A stretch of 64,000 bases of DNA from Christensenellaceae bacterium (GTDB taxonomy: Bacteria > Bacillota > Clostridia > Christensenellales > CAG-138). The stretch spans positions 1,048,883-1,112,882 of the forward strand of contig OY762962.1 in the NCBI GenBank assembly GCA_963667195.1, read 5' to 3'. This document shows, piece after piece, positions 45,592 through 56,354 of the stretch. Under the pieces are notes generated by a model. That model did no database searches. It saw nothing but the letters and a program-made list of their open reading frames with translations, and was not told where the DNA came from. The position numbers and the translations under genes are program-made. Every line of letters starts with the position of its first letter. Positions within the stretch are counted from its first letter, which is position 1.

Positions 45592-46596
45592 TTAGATGAT
45601 CGGCGCTAAAAATCCGCCGCCGGGCAGCATGAACGATTGCCCGTTGAGATACGCATTATCCGGCGCGTTGGAATCATAGTAGAGATTGAATCCGTTGGAC
45701 TCGATGTTCTGGTGTGTCACGTCCGCATTGACCAGCGCGGTCAGATACGTTTCCCCGGTGAGGATGAGCTTGCTCGACGCGTCCAGATAGACGGACGCTC
45801 TCGCGGGCAAAGTGCCGCCGAGATCGCCGGTAAAGGAAGCGTTATTGGAAAGGTGGATCGTAAGCGTCGCATCCTCCGCAAAGCTGGTCATCGCGGTGAC
45901 CGCCGTATTGTCCAGCGTGAGGAAATTATCGCCGGAAAGCACGCGCAGCATCTCTCCGCTCTTGGAGGCAAGGGTCACGCCGCTGAGCGTGAGTCTTCCT
46001 CCGAGAAGCAGGATGCACGGGGAATCCGCTCCCTCCGTTGAGAGCGTGCTTGCCGTCACGGATGCCGCCGCATCTTCGCGCACGAGGATTGCGGGCGAGG
46101 ATTCGCCGGAGGTGTACACGGAGGAATCGTTGATCGACATCTGGGTGCCTTCCGCCGAAACCGCCAAGCCCACCGCGCCTTTCGCGTTGGTGGTGACGTT
46201 GCAGGTGTTCAGGGTCAGCTGTCCCTTGGAGATCACCGCGACCGCCGCGTTGATTCCGCTGGTGTAGTCGCCGGAAACATCCGCCGTCTTGTCGATGTCC
46301 GTGCCGGTCATGGTTAAAATCCCCAGCTTCTCGACGAGTACCGCGTTTACGTTTGCGGTGTTGGAGGCGTATGTTTCGTTGCTGGATTCCATGGTCTCTC
46401 CGTCGACGGTATAGAGACTGCTGTTGGATGAGGCGGGCGTCCCGCTTTCCGGAACGGTGTCGCCGCCAGACGTTACCTGCACCGCTTCCGCATCCGTGGC
46501 CTTCTGCTGCACGGGCGACCTGCCGCAGCCCGCAGCAAACAGCAATAGCAGCGCCATTGCAACCGGCAGCACTCGCTTGAACATTGATGATTTCAT
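45592..46596 (-). CDS. lipoprotein with parallel beta-helix-like repeats (possible carbohydrate-binding)
   Basis: Start at MKSSMFKRVLPVAMALLLLFAAGC (lipobox), followed by repetitive T/S/G/N-rich beta-strand repeats. Confidence 0.65.
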   Translation of the reverse strand: MKSSMFKRVLPVAMALLLLFAAGCGRSPVQQKATDAEAVQVTSGGDTVPESGTPASSNSSLYTVDGETMESSNETYASNTANVNAVLVEKLGILTMTGTDIDKTADVSGDYTSGINAAVAVISKGQLTLNTCNVTTNAKGAVGLAVSAEGTQMSINDSSVYTSGESSPAILVREDAAASVTASTLSTEGADSPCILLLGGRLTLSGVTLASKSGEMLRVLSGDNFLTLDNTAVTAMTSFAEDATLTIHLSNNASFTGDLGGTLPARASVYLDASSKLILTGETYLTALVNADVTHQNIESNGFNLYYDSNAPDNAYLNGQSFMLPGGGFLAPII

Positions 46597-46767
46597 ATTC
46601 TTACACGCTCCTTGTGCAAAATACTTGCTTTTCAGTTGACTTTGCGCGATCAAATTCACGCGATTTGATCTTAGTAAACACTTGTGTCCGGCGCATGTCG
46701 CCTGTATGAATGTTCTGTCAAAAAAACCCGCGCGTTATTTCCGCGCGGGTCAATTTTGAGCGATGCT

Positions 46768-47979
46768 TTACGCGAGCTTTGCCTCGAGGCGCTTGCGAAT
46801 CTCACGGATGAACGCGAGGCTCGTCACAGCCTTCGGGGTAATGCCCTCGACCAGCCCGACAAGGTCCTTGGTCATGATGCCCGCATCCAGCGTCTCGATG
46901 GATGCTTCCTCCAGCTTTTTGCCGAAGTCCGCGAGCGCGGGCAACTGATCCAGCTCTCCGCGCTTAGAGAGCGCGCCGCTCCAGGCGAAGATCGTCGCCA
47001 TGGGGTTGGTGCTGGTCTCCTCACCTTGCAGATATTTATAGTAGTGGCGGGTGACCGTGCCATGCGCGGCTTCGAACTCGAAGTTGCCATCGGGAGAGAC
47101 GAGCACGCTCGTCATCATGGCGAGGCTACCAAACGCGGTGCTGACCATGTCGCTCATCACATCGCCGTCGTAGTTTTTGCAGGCCCAGATGTAGCCGCCC
47201 TCGGAACGGATCACGCGCGCGACCGCGTCGTCGATCAACGTGTAAAAATAGGTCAATCCTGCGGCTTCGAACTTCGCCTTGTAGTCCGCCTCGTAGATCT
47301 CCTCGAAGATATCCTTAAACGTGTGATCATAGAGCTTGCTGATCGTGTCCTTGGTGGAAAACCAAAGGTCCTGCTTCGTGCTCAGCGCGTATTGGAAGCA
47401 GCTGTGCGCGAAGGAGCGAATCGAGCTATCCTTATTATACATACCCTGCAGCACGCCCGGGCACTCGAAGTCGTAGATCGTCTTGCGGAAAGAGGCGCCG
47501 TTTTCGCCGGTGAACACCAGCTCCGCCTTGCCCTTCTCCGGCACGCGGTATTCCGTTGCGCGGTAGACGTCGCCATACGCGTGACGCGCGATGGTGATGG
47601 GCTTTTTCCACGTCTTGACCACAGGCTTCACGCTGTCGATCAGGATCGGCGCGCGGAAAACGGTGCCGTCGAGAATCGCGCGGATGGTGCCGTTGGGGCT
47701 CTTCCACATCTCGCTGAGCTTGTATTCCTGCACGCGCTGCGCGTTTGGCGTGATGGTTGCGCACTTGACGCCGACGCCGTATTTCTTGATCGCGTTGGCG
47801 GCGTCCGTCGTGATCTGATCCTTCGTCTTTTCGCGCTCCGGCAGGCCCAGGTCGTAATACTCCGCCTTGAGATCGACAAACGGCAGAATGAGTTCATCCT
47901 TGATCTGCTGCCAGAGGATGCGGGTCATCTCGTCGCCATCCATCTCGACGAGCGGGGTTTTCATCTTGATCAAATCCAT
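46768..47979 (-). CDS. icd: NADP-dependent isocitrate dehydrogenase (eukaryote-like type)
   Basis: ...[24 protein letters not shown]...KCATITP...; about 403 aa. RBS AGGAA upstream of the ATG at 47979. Confidence 0.95.
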   Translation of the reverse strand: MDLIKMKTPLVEMDGDEMTRILWQQIKDELILPFVDLKAEYYDLGLPEREKTKDQITTDAANAIKKYGVGVKCATITPNAQRVQEYKLSEMWKSPNGTIRAILDGTVFRAPILIDSVKPVVKTWKKPITIARHAYGDVYRATEYRVPEKGKAELVFTGENGASFRKTIYDFECPGVLQGMYNKDSSIRSFAHSCFQYALSTKQDLWFSTKDTISKLYDHTFKDIFEEIYEADYKAKFEAAGLTYFYTLIDDAVARVIRSEGGYIWACKNYDGDVMSDMVSTAFGSLAMMTSVLVSPDGNFEFEAAHGTVTRHYYKYLQGEETSTNPMATIFAWSGALSKRGELDQLPALADFGKKLEEASIETLDAGIMTKDLVGLVEGITPKAVTSLAFIREIRKRLEAKLA

Positions 47980-48013
47980 ATCCGTTTCCTTTCGGTCTTT
48001 GTCGTGGTTCGGC

Positions 48014-50254
48014 TTACTTGCCAGCATGCGCGGCGTAGTAGTTCATCAAGCAACCTTCGAGCAGGATCTCGCGCTCGTCCGCCGTCAGCGGCGGCAGGTT
48101 GAGCGTGATCGCTTCCGTCGTGCCGTCCTGTTTGATCGCGGTGGCAGGCAGCGTGTCCTTCTGCTGTTCAATGGCCTCGCGCACATTTGGCACAAACACG
48201 TGGTCGCCTACTTCGTAGGCAAAGCTTGCGCCCGCGGGCAGCGTAAAGGGCAGAATGCCCCAGTTGATGCAGTTGCTACGGTAGCGCTTGGTGGCGTATT
48301 CATAGCAGATGTTTGCAGAGCCGCCGAGCACGCGCTGGCTGGAGGCCGCCTGCTCTCGCGCGCTGCCGTCGCCGGGTTTGTTCGCGAACACGCAGGAGCC
48401 GTAGGCGGTGTTCTTGAGGAGCTTGTCCGCATCGCCGACCTTGCTCAAGATCGCCTTGAGCGCGTCGGGCGCGTTCCCTTCCCTGCGCGCGGCTTCCGCC
48501 TTCGCAACCGCTTTGCTGCGACCGACGTAGTCAGGTGCACGGCGCGAGAGCGCGAACTCCGCGAGGCGTAGCGGGTTGCTGCGATAGGAGCTCGTCTCGC
48601 CGGAGGGGATGAGTTCGTCCGTGGTGGTCACGGGATCGCGAATCACGGCGGAAAGCTCGACCAGCACGTTGTCGGTCAGCGGATAAATCTTCGGCCAATC
48701 GGCAATATTCGGCCCGAACACGAGCTCCACGGAAGGATCTGCCTTGCCAAAGCCGTTGTAGCAGCGCTTTTCATATGGCGAGCGGTCGTAGCGATAGCGG
48801 ATGCGGCGCTTGCGATACACCACGTCCGTCGCAGGCGTGAGTTTGCCGCCGTTTGCCGCGGTTGCGGCGATGCTTCGCGCGTCCATCAGCGCGACATAGG
48901 CAAGCTGGCCTTCGCCGGGCTTTGCGCCTTCGCGGTTGGGGAAATTGCGCGTGGTGTGGCGGATCGAAAAACCGTTGTTGGCGGGCACGTCTCCCGCGCC
49001 GAAGCACGGGCCGCAGAAGCTGGGCTTCATGACCGCGCCCGCGCGAATCAGCGTCTCGGTGGCTTCCGCTCTCGTGAGCGCGAGGCTCACCGGCACGCTG
49101 GTGGGATAGACGGAGAGCGAAAACTCGCCGTTGCCCGTCGAGCCGCCGGAGAGAATCTCGCTGGCTTCGATGATGTTGTCAAACAGGCCGCCTGCGCAGC
49201 CCGCGATGATGCCCTGATCGGCATAGACACCGTCGGGCCGGATCTTGCTCTTGAGGTCGAGCTTGGCTTTCGGGAAGGTAGCACGGGCTTCCTCCTCCAC
49301 CTTACCCAGCAGCTCGTCCGCGCGCTCGATGAACTCACGGATGGGGTACGCGTTGCTGGGATGGAACGGGAGCGCGATCATGCACTCGACCTTGTCCAGC
49401 TCGATGGTGATCATGCTATCGTAATATGCGCCCTCTTCCGGCGTGAGCTTTGCGTAGGCCTCCGGCCGCCCATGCGCACGGAAGAACTCTGCGGTCTCGC
49501 CGTCGGTCTCCCAGATGGAGCTCAGGCACGTGGTCTCCGTGGTCATGACGTCCACGCCGTTTCGATAGTCCGCGGAGAGGTTTTTAATCCCCGGGCCCAC
49601 GAACTCCAGAATCTTGTTCTTCGCGCGGTTTTCCGCAAACGCTTCCTTGACGAGCGCGAGCGCCACGTCGTGCGGGCCGACGCCGCGGCGGGGTTTGCCG
49701 GTCACGTAGCAGAGCACGACCTCAGGCGCCGCGATATCGTAGGTGTTTTTTAAGAGTTGCTTGACCAGCTCCGGTCCGCCTTCGCCGACCGCAAGCGTGC
49801 CCAGCGCGCCATAGCGCGTGTGGCTGTCCGAACCCAGGATCATGCGTCCGCAGCCCGCGAGCTCTTCGCGTGCGTAGCTGTGAATGACACTCAGGTTTGC
49901 CGGCACGTAGATGCCGCCGTACTTTTTCGCGGCGGAAAGCCCGAAGACGTGGTCGTCCTCGTTGATCGTGCCTCCGACGGCGCAGAGGCTGTTGTGGCAG
50001 TTGGTCATCGCATACGGCACGGGGAATTCCGTCAAGCCGCTCGCGCGCGCGGTCTGCACGATGCCGACGTAGGTGATGTCGTGCGAAATCAGCGCATCAA
50101 ACCGGAGGCGGAGCTTTTCCATATCGCCGGACACGTTGTGCGCGCGGAGAATGGAATACGCGATGGTCTTCTCTCGATCTGCAATCTGGGACTTGTCCGC
50201 AGGGTGCGGCCTGCCACCCTGCAAGGTCACCGGATGGTCATGATAGCGAATCAT
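48014..50254 (-). CDS. aconitate hydratase (aconitase family)
   Basis: 746 aa with GSDSHT and Cys ligand regions (FCGPCFG) and a swivel domain. It lies immediately upstream of icd. Confidence 0.9.
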   Translation of the reverse strand: MIRYHDHPVTLQGGRPHPADKSQIADREKTIAYSILRAHNVSGDMEKLRLRFDALISHDITYVGIVQTARASGLTEFPVPYAMTNCHNSLCAVGGTINEDDHVFGLSAAKKYGGIYVPANLSVIHSYAREELAGCGRMILGSDSHTRYGALGTLAVGEGGPELVKQLLKNTYDIAAPEVVLCYVTGKPRRGVGPHDVALALVKEAFAENRAKNKILEFVGPGIKNLSADYRNGVDVMTTETTCLSSIWETDGETAEFFRAHGRPEAYAKLTPEEGAYYDSMITIELDKVECMIALPFHPSNAYPIREFIERADELLGKVEEEARATFPKAKLDLKSKIRPDGVYADQGIIAGCAGGLFDNIIEASEILSGGSTGNGEFSLSVYPTSVPVSLALTRAEATETLIRAGAVMKPSFCGPCFGAGDVPANNGFSIRHTTRNFPNREGAKPGEGQLAYVALMDARSIAATAANGGKLTPATDVVYRKRRIRYRYDRSPYEKRCYNGFGKADPSVELVFGPNIADWPKIYPLTDNVLVELSAVIRDPVTTTDELIPSGETSSYRSNPLRLAEFALSRRAPDYVGRSKAVAKAEAARREGNAPDALKAILSKVGDADKLLKNTAYGSCVFANKPGDGSAREQAASSQRVLGGSANICYEYATKRYRSNCINWGILPFTLPAGASFAYEVGDHVFVPNVREAIEQQKDTLPATAIKQDGTTEAITLNLPPLTADEREILLEGCLMNYYAAHAGK

Positions 50255-50442
50255 ACGTTCCTCCTCGACGGGTAAACCGTGATAATCTTTTCTTTTCGCT
50301 CAATTGTGTGGAGGGGAAATCTCCACTTATAAAATTGTACCATTTTAGCCACCGCAAGAAAAGCCGAAACCGGGGTTATATTATTCTTATATATGTGAAA
50401 AAACATGGCAAACCTGCGCAGCCGAGAAAGAATATCTGGCTC

Positions 50443-50471
50443 TTGACAGCCCCCTTTCGGGCGGTTATAAT
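50443..50471 (+). promoter_or_regulatory. consensus sigma-70 promoter for tRNA-Met
   Basis: TTGACA (50443-50448), a 17-nt spacer, then TATAAT (50466-50471), 42 nt upstream of the tRNA. Confidence 0.75.
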
Positions 50472-50513
50472 ACACCATGTGCCGCTGAAAATCGGCACAC
50501 GAAAACTCCATAT

Positions 50514-50590
50514 GGCGGCGTAGCTCAGCTGGCTAGAGCATTCGGTTCATACCCGGAGTGTCATCTGTTCGAATCAGATCGCCGCTACCA
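50514..50590 (+). tRNA. tRNA-Met (anticodon CAT, elongator-type), CCA encoded
   Basis: Cloverleaf with acceptor GGCGGCG/CGCCGCT, anticodon stem TTCGG/CCGGA with loop TTCATAC, and T-arm ATCTG-TTCGAAT-CAGAT. It lacks the initiator features. A lysidine-modified Ile2 identity cannot be excluded. Confidence 0.85.
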
Positions 50591-50593
50591 TGA

Positions 50594-50619
50594 AAAAAAG
50601 ACCCGGAAGGGTCTTTTTT
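50594..50619 (+). terminator. rho-independent terminator after tRNA-Met
   Basis: AAAAAAGACCC-ggaa-GGGTCTTTTTT. Confidence 0.85.
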
Positions 50620-50705
50620 GTACTCTCATAAAATGTAACTGCTTGAAAAACTATCGTTTATACTTAAGGGAAAAAGCAAATTGCTTTGATTGACTACACA
50701 TTTAA

Positions 50706-51332
50706 TTACAATTTGATTTTCCGCACAATGCTCTTCATAAGCTTCGAATTGTTCTTAAACCTATTACTATAAAAAATGAAACTCTTTTTTAGTTCATCTG
50801 ACGGTTTTCTTTCGTAAACAATATCACCATAGTCGCTTAGTAAAGAAAGCACATACTCAGTATAGCTATCTTTTAACCATTCCAATTCTGACCTAATTGG
50901 TTCTGGAAATAAAGGACATCCCTTTGTTAACACTAAAGCTTGGGAAACAAGATGATTGCGTAATTTGTGCACATCACGTTGTATTGCTTCTTTGGTTATT
51001 TCTTGCGGTTCCTTTCCAGGATATGGTATAAAACTGATTTCGTCTTTGAGGCCACCGTCATGAACTTGTGCCACTGCCCATGCTTTTAATTCGGGGTCGC
51101 TTCCGAGGGTTTCTATTTCGAGTTTATTTGTTGTGATTTCATCGGAAAAATTCAGAACAATGCCCAAGCATTCAAGAACAACGAATCTCTTGTCAAATAA
51201 TGCGATTTTATTCTGCCTTTCTGCTGTGCTCACGGCGATGATGACAGCAATAACTGATAAAAGAAAAGTTATACCGGTCGCAAAATAGTCAAACAAATCT
51301 CGTTGTATTGTTACAAAATACATATCGCTCAT
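50706..51332 (-). CDS. orphan hypothetical protein with N-terminal TM (very low G+C)
   Basis: 208 aa with TM segment ITFLLSVIAVIIAV. Spot G+C is about 30%. It has its own small terminator AAGCAA-tt-TTGCTT. No family was recognised. Confidence 0.6.
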   Translation of the reverse strand: MSDMYFVTIQRDLFDYFATGITFLLSVIAVIIAVSTAERQNKIALFDKRFVVLECLGIVLNFSDEITTNKLEIETLGSDPELKAWAVAQVHDGGLKDEISFIPYPGKEPQEITKEAIQRDVHKLRNHLVSQALVLTKGCPLFPEPIRSELEWLKDSYTEYVLSLLSDYGDIVYERKPSDELKKSFIFYSNRFKNNSKLMKSIVRKIKL

Positions 51333-51460
51333 ACTACTTTTTCCTCCACCATCATTCTATGTTGTACTAAATTTGGTTTTTTTGAATAGGATAACTAATT
51401 TTATCAGTTTTCACACAAAAATCAAAGTCGATTATTGTAGGAATTTGTCGTTTCCCCAAC

Positions 51461-51500
51461 GCAAAACCAGCGCCCCCCTGCGGGCGCTGGTTCCTTTTTT
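51461..51500. terminator. GC-rich bidirectional terminator (probable original hutI terminator)
   Basis: AACCAGCGCCC-(6 nt)-GGGCGCTGGTT, flanked by an A-run and a T-run. Confidence 0.7.
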
Positions 51501-51508
51501 CTATTCCC

Positions 51509-51597
51509 CTACCCCACAACAACCTTCCCCCGCTTCACAACCGCTTTCACCTGATTATTGCCCATGCGGTAGCAGAGCGGTTTCAGCCCGTCTTCAG
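51509..51597 (-). pseudogene. displaced, diverged copy of the hutI 3' end (about 29 codons plus stop)
   Basis: The reverse complement reads ...AEDGLKPLCYRMGNNQVKAVVKRGKVVVG*, versus the intact hutI C-terminus ...NADGMELICYRMGSNQVKAVVKRGKVVVS*. I counted 66 of 90 nt identical. It is in frame, with the stop at the equivalent position. Confidence 0.75.
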
Positions 51598-51603
51598 CGC
51601 TAC

Positions 51604-52074
51604 TCAAATATTCTCCATCTCATCCGCAAGGCAGATCATCTCCTCGCAAAACGGCGAATACGGGCGCAGATGCTCATAGTTTCGGGAAAAGCGCAGGCGC
51701 GGATCAATCAATTGAATCAGACGGTTGGTCGCGTCCTCGTTGAGGTGCTTGCAGACATAGCGCGTGTCCAATCCCAAGCGATTGCATGCCTCGAGCGTCG
51801 GGCAAAAATTCTGCGAGTGGAAGACGATCTTCGTCCCATCGCCAAATACGATCGGCGCTTCGTCGGACGTGATGCCAAAGCGCGCAAGCAGCAAGGCGTA
51901 CGCCGCGCGCACAGGATCGTCCGGCAAGCGCGCAAACCGGTCTCTGTTCTGCTCAAACCAGGCTGTTCTGCGCCGGATCGAATCCTCGTTGAGTGCGCAA
52001 AGTGCGGCCCCGTCCGTGTCGCGCAAACGCGCCATCTCACGCTGAATCAACGCCTCGCATTCTTCTGCGTTCAT
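51604..52074 (-). CDS. small Cys-rich protein inserted between hutI and its displaced 3' end; possibly ATC-hydrolase-like (PF14196-like Cys pattern, low certainty)
   Basis: 156 aa from MNAEECEALIQ... with RBS GGGAGGTGA. Contains FCPTLEACNRLGLDTRYVCK...PFCEE. It is preceded by a hairpin plus T-run (GCAATCC...GGATTGC) just after the hutI stop. Confidence 0.65.
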   Translation of the reverse strand: MNAEECEALIQREMARLRDTDGAALCALNEDSIRRRTAWFEQNRDRFARLPDDPVRAAYALLLARFGITSDEAPIVFGDGTKIVFHSQNFCPTLEACNRLGLDTRYVCKHLNEDATNRLIQLIDPRLRFSRNYEHLRPYSPFCEEMICLADEMENI

Positions 52075-52173
52075 ACCGTAATCACCTCCCGAAAAATCAT
52101 TGGAGTGTAACACACCCAAAATGAAAACGCAATCCCCCAACTTGCTCGGAGGATTGCGCTGAGAACCCATTCT

Positions 52174-53406
52174 TTATGAAACGACGACCTTTCCCCGCTT
52201 GACCACTGCCTTCACCTGATTGCTGCCCATGCGGTAGCAGATCAGCTCCATGCCGTCCGCATTCCAAAGGGTCAGGTCGGCTTGCTTGCCGAGCTCGACG
52301 GAGCCAAGACGTTCGCCGAGGCCGATTGCGCAGGCGGCGTTGAGCGTCAGCGCGGTGAGGGTTTCCTCCGGTGTCATGCGATAGCGCAGGTACGCGAGGT
52401 TTGCAGAGAGCTGGAGGTTCAGCGACGGGCACGAGCCAGGGTTAAAATCGGAGGCCACCGCCACCGCGACGCCGCGAGAGATCATCTCCCGCGCGCGGGC
52501 GAAGTTTTTGTTGAGGTAGAGCGAGGTCTGCGGCAGCAGGCACGCGGTGACGTTGCCCGCGGACAGCGCAGAGATGCCGCTGTCGTCCGTCGCGATCAGG
52601 TGCTCCGCAGAGATTGCGGAAAGTTCACCCGCGAGAACCGCTCCGCCGATGGCGTCGATCTCGTCCGCGTGAATCTTGAGCCCAAAGCCCAGAGAACGTG
52701 CGGTTTCCAGCACGCGCCTGCTCTGCGCCACGGAGAACACACCCGTTTCGCAGAACACATCGCAATATTGCGCGAGGTTCTCCTCCACCACACGCGGCAA
52801 AATCTCGCCGCAAACGACGTCCACATACGCGTCCGTGCGCCCGGCATACTCCGGCGGAACCGCGTGCGCGGCCATACAGGTTGCGACGACGTCCATCGCG
52901 TGCGACTCGTTCAGGCGGCGGATCACGCGGAGCTGCTTGCACTCATGCTCCAAATCCAGCCCGTAGCCGCTCTTGATCTCCGTCGTAGTCACGCCAAAGC
53001 GCAGCTGCTCGTCGAGAAACGCGCTCGCGCGCGCAAACAGCGCGTCCTCGTCCAACGCGCGCGTCTGGCGCACGGTATCGAGAATGCCGCCGCCCGCTTG
53101 CAGAATCTCAAGATAGCTCGCGCCCTTGAGCTTGAGCGGAATCTCGTGCTGCCGCCAGCCGCCAAAGACGAGGTGCGTGTGCGCGTCCACCCAGCCGGGC
53201 GTGACGAACGCGCCGCCCGCATCCAGCCGGGTTGTGTCCGGCGGGCAAGGCAGCAAAGCGTCGTCCTGCGTGATCGCGACGATGGTTTCGCCGTCGATGA
53301 GCACGCTGGCGTTGCGATACTTCATGTTTTCACCCTGCGCGGTTCCCCGCAGGCTCGTGCTGCCGACGGGGGTTTGCAGGAGGCCGATGTTGTGGATGAG
53401 GAGCAT
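52174..53406 (-). CDS. hutI: imidazolonepropionase
   Basis: Amidohydrolase fold with VTPGWVDAHTHLVFGG...; 410 aa. It is the last gene of the hut cluster. Confidence 0.95.
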   Translation of the reverse strand: MLLIHNIGLLQTPVGSTSLRGTAQGENMKYRNASVLIDGETIVAITQDDALLPCPPDTTRLDAGGAFVTPGWVDAHTHLVFGGWRQHEIPLKLKGASYLEILQAGGGILDTVRQTRALDEDALFARASAFLDEQLRFGVTTTEIKSGYGLDLEHECKQLRVIRRLNESHAMDVVATCMAAHAVPPEYAGRTDAYVDVVCGEILPRVVEENLAQYCDVFCETGVFSVAQSRRVLETARSLGFGLKIHADEIDAIGGAVLAGELSAISAEHLIATDDSGISALSAGNVTACLLPQTSLYLNKNFARAREMISRGVAVAVASDFNPGSCPSLNLQLSANLAYLRYRMTPEETLTALTLNAACAIGLGERLGSVELGKQADLTLWNADGMELICYRMGSNQVKAVVKRGKVVVS

Positions 53407-53425
53407 AAAATCTCCCTTCGACGAT

Positions 53426-54319
53426 TTAGTTCAACCGATACTCCAAAACCTGATTTTCGGGATCAAAGTTTTCGATGCCGAGATAGTATTCCGCGCTATC
53501 GATCAAGGCGCGCATGGGTACCAATCCCACGATTTCCGTGCCGACGACGTTCACACCATAACGCGCGGCCTCAAAGCGGACGAACTCCACCACGCGGTAC
53601 AGCGGGGTCAGGCAATAGTTGGTCATGTTGATCGAGACCTGCGCGCAGTTTTTTTCCTTGAGGAACACGCCCATTGCCTTGACGCAGGTGAGCCCGCCGC
53701 CGGACTGGCGAATCACGCGGGCGATCTTGTCGGCAACCGCGACATCCGCCGTGGAAAGATTGATGTTGAACGCGATCAGAGGCGCGCGCGCGCCAACCGC
53801 GACTACGCCCGCCGTCGGGTGGATCGTCCGCCCGCCGAAATCCGGCTCCCACTGCGGCTCCAGCACCTTCTGCGCCATGCCCTCAAACTGGCCTTTGCGA
53901 ACGCTGGCGAGGTTCTCGCGGTGCGGCGCAGACGCGGACGCCTCATACAGGAACACGGGGATGCAGGCTTCGAGCCAGATGCGCTCTGCCGCGCGTTTCG
54001 AGAGCGCGACGCATTCTTCCATCGTCACCTCGCGAATCGGGATAAAAGGCACCACGTCGATCGCGCCCATGCGCGGGTGCTCGCCCTTGTGCTTGGTGAG
54101 GTCGATGCAGCGCGCGGCAAACTTTGCGAGCTGAACCGCAGCCTCCACGACGCCCGCGGGATCGCCCACAAACGTGATGACCGTGCGGTTGTGGCTCGCG
54201 TCGCTGGAGGTGTTTAAGAGCGTCACGCCCGGCACGGAGCGCACGACGCCCGCCGCCTCCTGCACGAGATCGGCATCCGCCGTCGAGATATTCGGTACGC
54301 ATTCAATGATTTTCGCCAT
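53426..54319 (-). CDS. ftcD: glutamate formimidoyltransferase
   Basis: MAKIIECVPNIS... N-terminus typical of the FT domain. RBS GAGGAGAA; about 297 aa. Confidence 0.9.
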   Translation of the reverse strand: MAKIIECVPNISTADADLVQEAAGVVRSVPGVTLLNTSSDASHNRTVITFVGDPAGVVEAAVQLAKFAARCIDLTKHKGEHPRMGAIDVVPFIPIREVTMEECVALSKRAAERIWLEACIPVFLYEASASAPHRENLASVRKGQFEGMAQKVLEPQWEPDFGGRTIHPTAGVVAVGARAPLIAFNINLSTADVAVADKIARVIRQSGGGLTCVKAMGVFLKEKNCAQVSINMTNYCLTPLYRVVEFVRFEAARYGVNVVGTEIVGLVPMRALIDSAEYYLGIENFDPENQVLEYRLN

Positions 54320-54334
54320 AATCGTTCTCCTCAT

Positions 54335-56338
<2,004 letters not shown>

Positions 56339-56354
56339 CGCAACCACCCTCTCT

